NCBI GenBank assembly: GCA_017995075.1
Contig: JAGOJO010000004.1
Coordinates: 11,339 to 75,338 of the forward strand
Source: Bacteroidia bacterium
GTDB taxonomy: Bacteria; Bacteroidota; Bacteroidia; AKYH767-A; OLB10
DNA length: 64,000 nucleotides
Direction of reading: 5' to 3'
Part shown: positions 18,393 through 28,177 of the stretch, piece after piece
How positions within the stretch are numbered: position 1 is the first letter of the stretch
Layout: each line of letters begins with the position of its first letter
The notes under the pieces: model-generated
What the model was told of the DNA's origin: nothing
What the model saw: only the letters and a program-made list of their open reading frames with translations
Database searches by the model: none
Position numbers and translations under genes: made by a program

Positions 18393-20048
18393 ATGGGATG
18401 CAGTTCATGTTCAACCGCCACCAGTACCGGATCCCCTGCAGGCTGTCGCAACAATGGAACTTGCGGCACCGGCGGATGTAATAAATTAAACGTCTATAAC
18501 TGGCTTGCTGATATGTATCTCCCGGAGGGTCAAAAGCCTTTCGATATTGTGGAGGTACGATTTAAGGGAAGCCGAAAAGAGTTTTACCGGAATATAAATA
18601 CCCTCGATTTACATGTCGGGGAGATGGTGGCAGTTGAAGGAAATCCCGGTCATGATATCGGGGAAGTAAGTATGGTAGGCGAACTGGTGCGTTTCCAGTT
18701 GCGCAAGCGGGGTCTGAAGGAAGACTCGCATGAGATAAAACAACTCTATCGTTTAACGAAGGAGGCTGACATCGACAAATGGAAGGAAGTAAAAGGCCTC
18801 GAGTTTGAAACGATGCATGGCTCTCGTACGATTGCCCTGGAACTGGGTCTGAAGATGAAAATTTCAGATGTGGAGTATCAGGGCGATGGGAAGAAGGCTA
18901 CGTTTTTTTATACGGCCGATGATCGTGTAGATTTCAGGGAGTTGATTAAGCGACTGGCAGATCAGTTTAAAATTCGGATCGAGATGCGGCAGATTGGCAT
19001 GCGTCAGGAGGCGGCCCGTTTGGGTGGTATCGGCTCCTGTGGTCGTGAACTATGCTGCTCTACATGGTTGACAGATTTTAAAGTGGTTTCTACAAGTGCA
19101 GCGCGTTATCAGAATCTGAGTCTGAATCCGATTAAGCTGGCTGGTCAATGTGGTAAACTGAAGTGTTGTCTCAATTTTGAGCTCGATACGTATATGGATG
19201 CCGTTAGAGATATTCCGGAATCCAATATCAAATTGCAGACGGGCAAAGGCCTGATGTTGCACCGTAAAACAGATATCTTCAAGCGGATTATGTGGTATGC
19301 ACTGATCCCTGAACCGAGGGAAGATGGTGAGCGTGTGTTCATGGGTGCTGAGCAATGGGTGCCGATGAGTGTGGATCGCGTGAAGGAGATTATCGCTTTG
19401 AATAAAGCCGGACAGAAACCGGAAGATGCTGGTGCTCTCGAGTTCGAGGATGATGAAGATGAACTCGGTTATGATGATGTGGTAGGTCAGGATAGTTTGA
19501 CCCGCATGGATCGTAAGAAGAAGAAAAAGAAGAAGAAGGGCGGGAAGGATAAAGAGAGAACAGAGAACACTGCTGCTCCTCAAGGCCAGCGTCCAGCAGG
19601 TAATACAGGCGAGAATCGTCAGCGTGGACCTCAACCTCCGCGTCCGCAGCAAGCAGCGAAGAAACCGGGTGAAGGTGAGGGACAAGGTGGAAGAAGAAAT
19701 CAGCCGCCACGTCAGCAACCGAATCAACGTACTGATCAACCTGGTCAGCAAACTCAGTCTGCACAACAACCTCGTACGGATCAGCAGAAGCCGCAGCAGG
19801 GAAGAAATATGCCGCCACGTCAGCAGCCAGCACAGCAGCAGACATCGGCTCCGCAAAATCCTCCTGCGCAAACACCGAAGCCATCCAATCCGCCGGCTGG
19901 AGGAAATCGTCCACCGCGTCAGGCCCCTGGCTCTAACGGTAACGATGTACCGAAAAGTACAACACCGCCACCTGCGCCACCAACGCCTCCGTCAAATCCA
20001 ACACCGTCTAATCGTCCGCCCCGTAAAGCACCGGGCAGCGACCAGTAA
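18393..20048 (+). CDS. PSP1 domain protein (RicT/YaaT-like) with a long disordered C-terminal tail
   Basis: A Cys-rich N-terminus is followed by the PSP1 core (GSCGRELCCSTWL, GQCGKLKCCLNFE). After that come a K8 run and about 180 aa rich in P, Q, G and R. Confidence 0.85.
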   Translation: MGCSSCSTATSTGSPAGCRNNGTCGTGGCNKLNVYNWLADMYLPEGQKPFDIVEVRFKGSRKEFYRNINTLDLHVGEMVAVEGNPGHDIGEVSMVGELVRFQLRKRGLKEDSHEIKQLYRLTKEADIDKWKEVKGLEFETMHGSRTIALELGLKMKISDVEYQGDGKKATFFYTADDRVDFRELIKRLADQFKIRIEMRQIGMRQEAARLGGIGSCGRELCCSTWLTDFKVVSTSAARYQNLSLNPIKLAGQCGKLKCCLNFELDTYMDAVRDIPESNIKLQTGKGLMLHRKTDIFKRIMWYALIPEPREDGERVFMGAEQWVPMSVDRVKEIIALNKAGQKPEDAGALEFEDDEDELGYDDVVGQDSLTRMDRKKKKKKKKGGKDKERTENTAAPQGQRPAGNTGENRQRGPQPPRPQQAAKKPGEGEGQGGRRNQPPRQQPNQRTDQPGQQTQSAQQPRTDQQKPQQGRNMPPRQQPAQQQTSAPQNPPAQTPKPSNPPAGGNRPPRQAPGSNGNDVPKSTTPPPAPPTPPSNPTPSNRPPRKAPGSDQ

Positions 20049-20059
20049 CCAACAGGCAG

Positions 20060-20551
20060 ATGAATCAATTGAACCGAACATCTTGTTGCCGCATTGCCGG
20101 AATCTTCGGATTGCTCGTCATCCTGTTGTTCACTGCCTGCGATAGTAATCGCGTGTTTGAAGAGAATATCAAGATTGCGGATAACAAATGGGCAGCTGCT
20201 AAACCCGTCGTCTTGCAGATGAATATCACGGATACGGTATTGCCGCACAATGTGTATATCAATATCCGCAATGCGAGTCATTATCCGTTCAGCAATATTT
20301 TTCTGTTCATGAATACCACCTTCCCCGACGGAAAACTCGATCGTGATACCCTCGAGATTATGCTCGCAGGGAAAGATGGGAAATGGCTCGGAGAAGGATT
20401 AGGCGATATCTGGGATAACCGGATACTCTTCAAGAAGAATGTTAGTTTTCCGTTGAAGGGCGAGTATCGTTTTGAACTTACACAGGCTATGCGTTTAGAT
20501 CCATTGCCTGGCATTATGGATGTGGGTATGCGCGTGGAACGATCAAATTAA
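20060..20551 (+). CDS. gldH: gliding motility lipoprotein GldH
   Basis: The lipobox is LLFTAC. From memory, it closely resembles Flavobacterium GldH (INIRNASHYPFSNIFLF ... DGKWLGEG ... GIMDVGMRVE). Confidence 0.8.
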   Translation: MNQLNRTSCCRIAGIFGLLVILLFTACDSNRVFEENIKIADNKWAAAKPVVLQMNITDTVLPHNVYINIRNASHYPFSNIFLFMNTTFPDGKLDRDTLEIMLAGKDGKWLGEGLGDIWDNRILFKKNVSFPLKGEYRFELTQAMRLDPLPGIMDVGMRVERSN

Positions 20552-20567
20552 TTAAACGCTGATCAGT

Positions 20568-21050
20568 ATGAAGAAATATTTATTATTGCTTAGTCTGTTT
20601 TTCAGCACAACGTTATTTGCACAAAAGGATAGTTTGATTTACCATCCGGAAGCTGATGCAAACAGCGAAGTGGCGGCTGCAATCGTTAAAGCAAAAGCAG
20701 AAAACAAACATGTGGTGGCGATGATCGGTGGAAACTGGTGTCGCTGGTGCAGGATGTTTGAAAAATTCCGACTCAGCAATTCAGCAGTAGATTCCGCCAT
20801 GAGCAGGGATTTTATTTTTCTGCATGTGAATTACAGCAAGGAGAATAAAAATTTGGAACTGCTTAAGAAGTTTTCCTTCCCTCAGCGATTTGGCTTTCCG
20901 GTATTCGTTGTATTGGATGGAGAAGGGAAGTTGCTCCATACCCAAAATTCCTCTTACCTTGAAGATGGCGAAGGCTATAGTGCTGAAAAGGTGGTAGACT
21001 TTTTACACCAGTGGAGGAGAGAGGCATTATTGCCGGAGAATTATAAATAA
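20568..21050 (+). CDS. secreted thioredoxin-fold protein
   Basis: It has a signal peptide and the CxxC motif GGNWCRWCRMFE. Confidence 0.7.
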   Translation: MKKYLLLLSLFFSTTLFAQKDSLIYHPEADANSEVAAAIVKAKAENKHVVAMIGGNWCRWCRMFEKFRLSNSAVDSAMSRDFIFLHVNYSKENKNLELLKKFSFPQRFGFPVFVVLDGEGKLLHTQNSSYLEDGEGYSAEKVVDFLHQWRREALLPENYK

Positions 21051-21216
21051 CATCACTCAGCATTTTTACAGGAGAATTGGTTTCGTCGAAAGCCTTTCTT
21101 GCGTATGATTTTGCCAAAAGAAAATGCCGCCAAGGGGGAGGCGTAAATCGTATTCTAAATTTGTTCAAGCCGGGAATTAAAGAGTAAAATCTCTCGTTTT
21201 TTCCTACCTTCGCGCA

Positions 21217-22131
21217 ATGGAAAATTCATCCTTCTGGATCGGCTTTAATGCCTTTATTCTGGCGATGCTGGCGTTTGATCTCGGCTTCGTGAACAAAAAG
21301 GAAAAGGCGATTTCATTTAAAGAGTCGATTGCCTGGGTGGCCTTCTGGTCGTCGCTGGCTTTGGCGTTTAATGGGTTGGTTTACTACTGGTTTGGTCCGC
21401 AGAAAGCTTTTGAATTTCTGACCGGTTATGTGATAGAATGGTCGCTGAGTGTCGATAATTTGTTCGTGTTCATTGTGATTTTTAATTACTTCAATGTGCC
21501 GAAGCAATACCAGCATCGTGTATTGTTCTGGGGTATTCTGGGAGCCTTGATTTTACGTGGTACCTTTATTGTTGTTGGCGTGGCCTTGTTCCAGAAGTTT
21601 GAATGGATGGTGTATATATTCGGTGGAATATTGGTGTTTACCGGATTTAAAATGTTTTTTGGAGGGGAAGAGGATGATCCGAAACTGGACAATAATATTT
21701 TCGTTCGCCTTTGTAAAAAAGTATTCCCTGTAACAGAAGAATATCACGGAAAAAACTTCTTCATCAAACACGGAAAAAAATGGCTGGCTACTCCGCTCTT
21801 CATTGTACTGGTAGTGGTCGATTTTACGGATCTCGTATTTGCAGTTGATTCGATTCCGGCGGTTCTTTCGATAAGCAGTGATCCGTTTATTGTGTATACC
21901 AGTAATGTATTTGCTATCCTCGGACTCCGGGCTTTGTTTTTTGCCCTGAGTGGAATGATGGATTTGTTCAAATACCTGAAGTACGGACTGGCGGTGATTC
22001 TGACTTTCGTAGGAGTGAAAATGATCATTTCCCACTATGTACATATTCCGGTAGAGTGGGCTCTTTTTGTTGTGGTAATTATCCTCGCAATATCTATAAT
22101 GTTGTCGCTGGCAAGGAAAAACAGAGCCTAA
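21217..22131 (+). CDS. TerC family integral membrane protein
   Basis: It is a multi-TM protein with TerC-type motifs (EWSLSVDNLFVF, DLVFAVDSIPAV). Confidence 0.88.
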   Translation: MENSSFWIGFNAFILAMLAFDLGFVNKKEKAISFKESIAWVAFWSSLALAFNGLVYYWFGPQKAFEFLTGYVIEWSLSVDNLFVFIVIFNYFNVPKQYQHRVLFWGILGALILRGTFIVVGVALFQKFEWMVYIFGGILVFTGFKMFFGGEEDDPKLDNNIFVRLCKKVFPVTEEYHGKNFFIKHGKKWLATPLFIVLVVVDFTDLVFAVDSIPAVLSISSDPFIVYTSNVFAILGLRALFFALSGMMDLFKYLKYGLAVILTFVGVKMIISHYVHIPVEWALFVVVIILAISIMLSLARKNRA

Positions 22132-22233
22132 TACTGCAGACCGGTATTTGCAAATATTATTCCTGCGTAGGGCAAACAATATTCATACTTTTTATTTCGG
22201 TGATCATCTTTTATTAACTTCGTTCCAGTCATC

Positions 22234-22800
22234 ATGATTCAGCCGGTATTTACTCCCTTTCCTAAATTGGAAACAACACGATTGTCAGTGCGGGAAATTG
22301 TTCCTGAAGATGTGACTGATTTGTTTCGCTATCGTTCTGACCCGGAAGTAATGAAATACATCGGACGTCCCCTCGCAAAAGAGCTGGCTGATGCTGCAAA
22401 ACTGATTGAAGTTCTCCGGACAAATGCTGCTGAAAATAATGCCATCACCTGGGCGATTACTTTGAAGGGCGAAAATGTGTTGCGGGGAACAATCGGTTAT
22501 TGGCGTATTGTGAAAGAACATCATCGTGCAGAAATCGGATACCTGCTCGATCCGGTTTTGCAGGGAAAAGGAATCATGCAGGAAGCTGTGGAGGAGGTCT
22601 TGAGGTATGGATTTGAAGACATGGGTTTGCACTCGGTGGAGGCGGTGATCAATCCTGATAATCTGGCTTCAGCCCGTCTCCTGGAGCGAAATGCATTTGT
22701 GAAAGAGGCGCATTTCAGGGAAGACTTCTTTTTCGATGGTAAGTTCCAGGATACCTGCGTTTATTCATTGCTGGAGCAGAACAGAATTATAAAACTCTGA
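22234..22800 (+). CDS. GNAT family N-acetyltransferase (RimJ/RimL-like)
   Basis: The pattern is Acetyltransf_3-like (TTRLSVREI ... IGYLLDPVLQGKGIMQEAV). Confidence 0.8.
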   Translation: MIQPVFTPFPKLETTRLSVREIVPEDVTDLFRYRSDPEVMKYIGRPLAKELADAAKLIEVLRTNAAENNAITWAITLKGENVLRGTIGYWRIVKEHHRAEIGYLLDPVLQGKGIMQEAVEEVLRYGFEDMGLHSVEAVINPDNLASARLLERNAFVKEAHFREDFFFDGKFQDTCVYSLLEQNRIIKL

Positions 22801-22833
22801 GAAGTTCGATTACTTTTGCAGGAGTCGAGTACT

Positions 22834-23622
22834 ATGAATAATCACCTGCAACTGATTCTGCGTTATTTTCGGTATTACCTCACCGCTACCAACCGCCATG
22901 GTTTGCAGGGACCGTTTGCTTTTGCCTTGAATGAAGTAGTTTTTCGCAGCGATAAATCCGAAGATGTGCATGCTTCCATAGAAACGTTGCGAAATGAAAT
23001 GCTGAGGGATCATTCCAAAATCAATATTCGCGATTTTGGCGCCGGTTTCGGAGGGAAGAATTTTCATGAACGTAGTATTTCGTATGTAGCCCGCCATTCC
23101 GCTAAACCGCCGAAGTATGCGAGGATGTTGTATCGGCTGGTGAAACATCTTCAACCTGCCATCATCGTTGAACTGGGGACTTCTTTCGGCATTAGTGCAC
23201 TCTATCAGGCAGCAGGTAATCCGTCAGCAACTATTTATACACTGGAAGGTTGTCCCGAGACAGCCGCGAAAGCCCGCGAGAATTTCAAACGGTTTCCGCA
23301 GTTTAAAATTGAAGTAGTAGAAGGACCTTTTGCAGAAACACTGCCTTCACTTTTGGAACGTATTCCGTCTGTGGATTATGTCTACATCGACGGACACCAT
23401 CGACTTGAGCCCACTCTTCACTATGCAGCACTCTGCAAACCATTCCTGAATCCAAATGCTGTGGTAATAGCTGATGATATCAACTGGTCTGTAGAAATGC
23501 AGGAAGCCTGGACACAACTCAAAGCAGATCCGTTTTTCACCCAATCGATAGACGTGTTTATGATGGGTTTGTTGTTTACGAATAAAGATCTAAGTAAGGA
23601 AAATTTCGTGGTGCGGTATTAA
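22834..23622 (+). CDS. class I SAM-dependent (O-)methyltransferase
   Basis: Motif I is IVELGTSFGISALY, and DYVYIDGHH is typical of the Methyltransf_24/OMT family 3. I prefer the ATG at 22834. Confidence 0.75.
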   Translation: MNNHLQLILRYFRYYLTATNRHGLQGPFAFALNEVVFRSDKSEDVHASIETLRNEMLRDHSKINIRDFGAGFGGKNFHERSISYVARHSAKPPKYARMLYRLVKHLQPAIIVELGTSFGISALYQAAGNPSATIYTLEGCPETAAKARENFKRFPQFKIEVVEGPFAETLPSLLERIPSVDYVYIDGHHRLEPTLHYAALCKPFLNPNAVVIADDINWSVEMQEAWTQLKADPFFTQSIDVFMMGLLFTNKDLSKENFVVRY

Positions 23623-24066
23623 CCTGCGTTGAGATCGTTTACTGAATGAGATGCAGTTGTTGAATGGTATTTACGGATTGATCTAAACTCACGGAAGTCT
23701 GCCTTTAGCCATTGGCCTCAAGCCTCAAGCCATTGGCCTTATGCAGTGGTATAATTGTACTCTGTGAACGAATGTGAACTAACGTAAATTTAGAAATGAC
23801 TCCCCCGCGTTCGCTGCGGGGTCGCTGTGGTCGCTGCGTTTAAGCCTCCGACTCTTCAAAGCACTAATGAGTTTCCCATCTATTCTAAATTAACTTAATC
23901 GCCATTCGCAACTTGTATTTTCATTTCACACAATACGTCTTCCAATGCAATATCAACGCCGGTGAGATATCAATCCGAAAAATTTCCCTCCCAAACGTAG
24001 TTTTAAAACAACAAAACGAATCCAACCAACGTGTTTCTTATGTATTTTTGATCCAAAGCCATCATT

Positions 24067-24786
24067 GTGGAACCAATTATCAAAGTCCGTGAAGTATCGA
24101 GAAAATATAAAGTGGGTCTCGAAACTATTTATGCGCTGCGATCGATATCGCTCGATATAATGAAGAATGAGTACGTTGCTTTGATGGGCAGCTCCGGTTC
24201 GGGGAAGTCAACGTTGATGAATGTATTGGGTTGTCTGGATACCGCTTCGAGTGGTCAGTATTACCTGAATGGAATTGATGTATCACATATGACAGATAAT
24301 GACCTGGCGGATATCCGAAATAAGCAGATCGGGTTCGTGTTCCAGACGTTCAATCTGTTGCCGCGTAGTTCTGCGCTGGAGAATGTTGCTTTGCCCTTGG
24401 TATACGCTGGAGTGAATAAAGAGGATAGAGAAGCGCGTGCAATGAAGGCCTTGCAGGATGTGGGTCTTGGTGATCGGGTGACGCATCGTCCGAATGAACT
24501 CTCCGGCGGTCAGCGTCAGCGGGTGGCTATTGCCCGTGCACTGGTGACTAATCCTGCTATCATTCTTGCCGATGAGCCAACCGGAAACCTCGATTCTAAA
24601 ACTTCTTACGAGATTATGGGTTTATTAGAGGAGATTCATCAGAAAGGAAATACCGTGGTACTGGTGACGCATGAAGAGGATATCGCGCGTCATGCTCACC
24701 GGATTGTCCGTTTGAAAGATGGACTCGTTGAATCGGATAAACTCAATGATGATCGAATTCTAAAGACAGCGGCAGTAAAAGCATGA
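24067..24786 (+). CDS. ABC transporter ATP-binding protein (MacB/LolD-type)
   Basis: It starts at a GTG. Walker A is GSSGSGKST, the signature is LSGGQRQR and Walker B is ILADEPT. Confidence 0.9.
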   Translation: MEPIIKVREVSRKYKVGLETIYALRSISLDIMKNEYVALMGSSGSGKSTLMNVLGCLDTASSGQYYLNGIDVSHMTDNDLADIRNKQIGFVFQTFNLLPRSSALENVALPLVYAGVNKEDREARAMKALQDVGLGDRVTHRPNELSGGQRQRVAIARALVTNPAIILADEPTGNLDSKTSYEIMGLLEEIHQKGNTVVLVTHEEDIARHAHRIVRLKDGLVESDKLNDDRILKTAAVKA

Positions 24787-25331
24787 AAATTTATACTAAA
24801 ACCGGTGATGCAGGACAAACTTCACTCATAGGAGGTACACGTGTTCCGAAACACCATTTGCGCATAGAAGCGTATGGTACAGTGGATGAATTGAATTCGT
24901 GGATCGGATTAATTCGCGATCAGCCAATCGATGATCATAGCATTACCATGCTGATTGATGTGCAGGATCGCCTCTTTACCATCGGTTCCTTGCTGGCTTC
25001 TGATCCCGAAAAGAGCAAAATGAAGCTGCCGGAACTCTCCGTGGAGGACGTTTTGACCCTCGAAAAGGAGATCGATCACATGGAAACAGCTCTTCCCGAA
25101 CTAAAATCATTTATTTTACCGGGCGGAAATACCATCGTTTCCTATACCCATATTGCCCGCTGTGTATGCCGTCGATGTGAGCGAATAGTGACTCATCTGA
25201 ACGAAGAATCTCCTGTAAATGAACACATTGCAGTGTATCTAAACCGCCTCTCCGACTACCTTTTCATACTGAGTCGCTTCATTGCTCAACAGAAAAATAC
25301 CGCCGAAACACCCTGGACCCCGAAAATGTGA
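24783..25331 (+). CDS. PduO-type ATP:cob(I)alamin adenosyltransferase
   Basis: The N-terminus is [36 protein letters not shown]. It overlaps the upstream stop by 4 nt. Confidence 0.88.
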   Translation: MKIYTKTGDAGQTSLIGGTRVPKHHLRIEAYGTVDELNSWIGLIRDQPIDDHSITMLIDVQDRLFTIGSLLASDPEKSKMKLPELSVEDVLTLEKEIDHMETALPELKSFILPGGNTIVSYTHIARCVCRRCERIVTHLNEESPVNEHIAVYLNRLSDYLFILSRFIAQQKNTAETPWTPKM

Positions 25332-25450
25332 AAAAAAGGTCACAGTAAATTTTGGATTATTAGGATTTCATTTTATTATTTTTGCGCCCCCTCCAAGGAG
25401 GGACGAACAAATAAGTAAACCTCACGTTAAAACGAATTAAACTTTCAAAT

Positions 25451-25672
25451 ATGTACTGGACCCTCGAACTTGCACAACACCTTGAAGATGCGCCATGGCC
25501 GGCAACCAAAGACGAGTTAATTGACTATGCGATACGTTCCGGTGCTCCGATGGAAGTAATCGAAAACCTTCAGGAACTGGAAGATGAAGGGGAGCCGTAT
25601 GAAAATATTGAGGAGATCTGGCCGGATTATCCAACCAAGGATGATTTCTTCTTTAACGAAGACGAATATTGA
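25451..25672 (+). CDS. DUF2795 domain protein
   Basis: The 73-aa ORF has WPATKDELIDYA....GAP..VIENLQ and an acidic tail. Confidence 0.7.
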   Translation: MYWTLELAQHLEDAPWPATKDELIDYAIRSGAPMEVIENLQELEDEGEPYENIEEIWPDYPTKDDFFFNEDEY

Positions 25673-25689
25673 CCTCAACATCAGAGAAT

Positions 25690-25743
25690 AAAAAAAGCCC
25701 CGAGTAATGCCATGTCGCACCTCGGGGCTTTTTGTTTTATGAT
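25690..25743. terminator. bidirectional Rho-independent terminator (DUF2795 gene / recQ)
   Basis: An 8-bp stem GCCCCGAG (25697-25704) pairs with CTCGGGGC (25731-25738). It is flanked by A7 upstream and T5 downstream, between convergent genes. Confidence 0.75.
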
Positions 25744-25755
25744 TTCTTCGGCTGA

Positions 25756-27951
25756 TTAGTTACCGAGTTCACTCATGAATTTGATTCGCATCAAACGGAT
25801 TTCATCTTCGGTATAATCATCTTCGCCTAATTCTTTGAGTGCATCCATCACTGAATCACTCTCTGCAGTGCGGAAATATTCGAACACTTCATCCTGACGC
25901 TCTTCGTCGATTACTTCGTTGATGTAATACTGAATATCAATGCGTGTTCCGGAAGCAACAATCGTTTCAATCTCACCAATCATCTCACCCAGCTTCAGAC
26001 CTTTTGCGTCGGCCATGTCTTCGAGTGAAATTTTACGATCGATGTTTTGAATGATGTATACTTTGAGTCCGCTCTTATTCACGACACTCTTCACCACCAG
26101 ATCCATCGGACGTTCAATTTCATTGTCCTCCACATATTTCTTGATGAGATCAACGAATGGCTTACCGTATTTAGTGGCTTTACCCGCACCAACACCGGTG
26201 ATGTTTTTCAACTCATCGATACTGATTGGATAGTTCGTCGCCATTTCTTCCAATGATGGATCCTGGAAAACAACGAAGGGTGGAAGATTTTTCTGCTTGG
26301 CAACATTCTTACGCAATGTCTTCAGCATCTCGAACAACTGCTCATCTGCAGCGCCACCACCACCGGCACCTCCTGAAAACTCATCATCATCGTCGCTCTC
26401 TGTATCGTCGAAGTTGGCGTCGAGGGCAATTTTAAATGGAGTAGGATTTTTGATGTACTGATGTCCGCTCTCGCTCACTTTCAGCAATCCGTAGTTGTCA
26501 ATGTCTTTGGTGAGAAGTCCTGCCAAAACTGCCTGACGAATCAACGCTGTCCAGAAACGATCACCACGCTCAGCACCTTCAGAGAATACTTCCAGCTTAT
26601 CGTGTTTGTAATTCTTCACTTGCTGATCCACTTTACCAACCAGAATGTTCACGACGTGTTCCGCCTGATGTTTCTCTTTGATCAGTAAAATAGTTTCCAG
26701 CAGCAAACTCAATTCTTCTTCTGCTTCGAGGAGTGGTTTCGGGTGCAGACAGTTATCGCAGCTATTGCAATTATCCTGATCATAACGCTCGCCGAAATAA
26801 TTCAGCAACACACGACGACGACATACTGAAGTCTCGGCATAGCCAACAGTTTCAAGTAAGAGTTGTTTACCGATTTCCTGTTCAGCCACCGGTTTGCCCT
26901 TCATGAATTTCTCCAGCTTTTCGATATCCTTGTAGCTGTAGAAACATACACAACGTCCTTCACGGCCATCGCGACCGGCACGACCAGTCTCCTGATAATA
27001 TCCTTCCAGACTTTTTGGAATATCATGGTGAATTACAAATCGCACATCCGGCTTATCGATACCCATACCGAAAGCAATGGTCGCCACGATCACATCAACT
27101 TCTTCCATCAGGAATTTATCCTGGTGAGAAGCTCGTGTAGCTGCATCAAGTCCTGCATGATAAGGTAAAGCACGAATGCCATTCACCGTAAGTGTAGAAG
27201 CAACTTCTTCCACTTTTTTACGACTCAGGCAATAAATAACACCTGATTTATTCGGGTGCTGCTTCACGAACTTAATTATCTCCTTCAGTACATTCAGTTT
27301 CGGACGTACTTCATAGTATAAGTTCGGGCGGTTAAAGGATGCTTTGAAAATCTGTGCATCCATCATTCCCAGGTTTTTCTGAATATCAGCCTGTACTTTC
27401 TCTGTAGCCGTTGCTGTAAGTGCGATAATCGGGAATTCACCAATCTGATCGATAATCGGACGTAAACGACGATACTCCGGACGGAAATCATGTCCCCACT
27501 CCGAAATACAGTGTGCCTCATCAATCGCAAAGAAAGAAATGTTCACCTCCTTGAGGAACTTCACATTCTCATCCTTGGTCAATGACTCAGGAGCAACGTA
27601 CAACAATTTTGTTTTTCCCGCTTTCATGTCCTTCCGCACACGGGCAATCTCCGCCTTCGTAAGAGATGAATTCAAGAAGTGAGCAACACCATCATCTGTA
27701 TTAAATCCGCGAATCGCATCCACCTGATTTTTCATCAGCGCAATCAACGGAGAAATAATGATAGCAGTACCCTTGCTCATCAGAGCCGGCAGTTGATAGC
27801 ACATCGACTTACCGCCTCCGGTGGGCATGATTACGAAGGTATTCCGGCGTTCCAGGACATTGCGAATGATCGCTTCCTGTTCACCTTTGAATGCTTCGAA
27901 ACCAAAATATTTATTTAACGCCTCCAGCAGCGTATTTTCAGCAACTAACAT
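25756..27951 (-). CDS. recQ: ATP-dependent DNA helicase RecQ
   Basis: The 731-aa ORF has MPTGGGKS, DEAHCISEWGHDFRP, a Zn-binding Cys cluster and a C-terminal HRDC region. Confidence 0.95.
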   Translation of the reverse strand: MLVAENTLLEALNKYFGFEAFKGEQEAIIRNVLERRNTFVIMPTGGGKSMCYQLPALMSKGTAIIISPLIALMKNQVDAIRGFNTDDGVAHFLNSSLTKAEIARVRKDMKAGKTKLLYVAPESLTKDENVKFLKEVNISFFAIDEAHCISEWGHDFRPEYRRLRPIIDQIGEFPIIALTATATEKVQADIQKNLGMMDAQIFKASFNRPNLYYEVRPKLNVLKEIIKFVKQHPNKSGVIYCLSRKKVEEVASTLTVNGIRALPYHAGLDAATRASHQDKFLMEEVDVIVATIAFGMGIDKPDVRFVIHHDIPKSLEGYYQETGRAGRDGREGRCVCFYSYKDIEKLEKFMKGKPVAEQEIGKQLLLETVGYAETSVCRRRVLLNYFGERYDQDNCNSCDNCLHPKPLLEAEEELSLLLETILLIKEKHQAEHVVNILVGKVDQQVKNYKHDKLEVFSEGAERGDRFWTALIRQAVLAGLLTKDIDNYGLLKVSESGHQYIKNPTPFKIALDANFDDTESDDDDEFSGGAGGGGAADEQLFEMLKTLRKNVAKQKNLPPFVVFQDPSLEEMATNYPISIDELKNITGVGAGKATKYGKPFVDLIKKYVEDNEIERPMDLVVKSVVNKSGLKVYIIQNIDRKISLEDMADAKGLKLGEMIGEIETIVASGTRIDIQYYINEVIDEERQDEVFEYFRTAESDSVMDALKELGEDDYTEDEIRLMRIKFMSELGN

Positions 27952-28177
27952 GTAGAGTAGGAAATTAAGGACGGCAAATTTACGTTATTTTTGCGCCGTT
28001 GCGACACAAGAACCAAATTAAATCTGCGATGGATTATACTTTTTTTATTCATTGCAATAACGATAACTTCGCTAGTGTGAAGATATTGTTTGATGTTCAC
28101 TAAAACAAATAAAGAAGAGCCGGATATTACAATTATTCTACATTTTATCTGATCTTCATCATCTCGGAAAAGCTACT

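Noticed and set aside
19050-20281. Long overlapping ORFs on both strands inside the 3' part of the PSP1 gene (273, 174, 173 and 120 aa).
   Set aside because: They are shadow ORFs created by the low-complexity region encoding the P/Q/K-rich tail. Their translations are themselves low-complexity and carry no motifs.
21051-21216. A possible yybP-ykoY (manganese) riboswitch in the leader of the TerC-family gene.
   Set aside because: TerC genes are often controlled this way. Here the leader has only GGGGGAGGCG and lacks the conserved GGGGAGUAG, UUGACA and GAGACC elements as I remember them. An Infernal scan with RF00080 would settle the question.
25389-25402. The CCCTCCAAGGAGGG palindrome containing a strong AAGGAGG Shine-Dalgarno-like word upstream of the DUF2795 gene.
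   Set aside because: It lies about 50 nt upstream of the ATG, too far to act as a ribosome-binding site. A 6-bp stem with a 2-nt loop is an unlikely hairpin. It may be a protein-binding palindrome, but there is no further support.
26047-27918. Numerous 60-100-aa ORFs antisense to or overlapping long genes (recQ, a2m, the PorU-like gene, pbpC and others).
   Set aside because: They are nested entirely inside long genes with strong motif support and show odd composition. I treat them as non-coding shadow ORFs.
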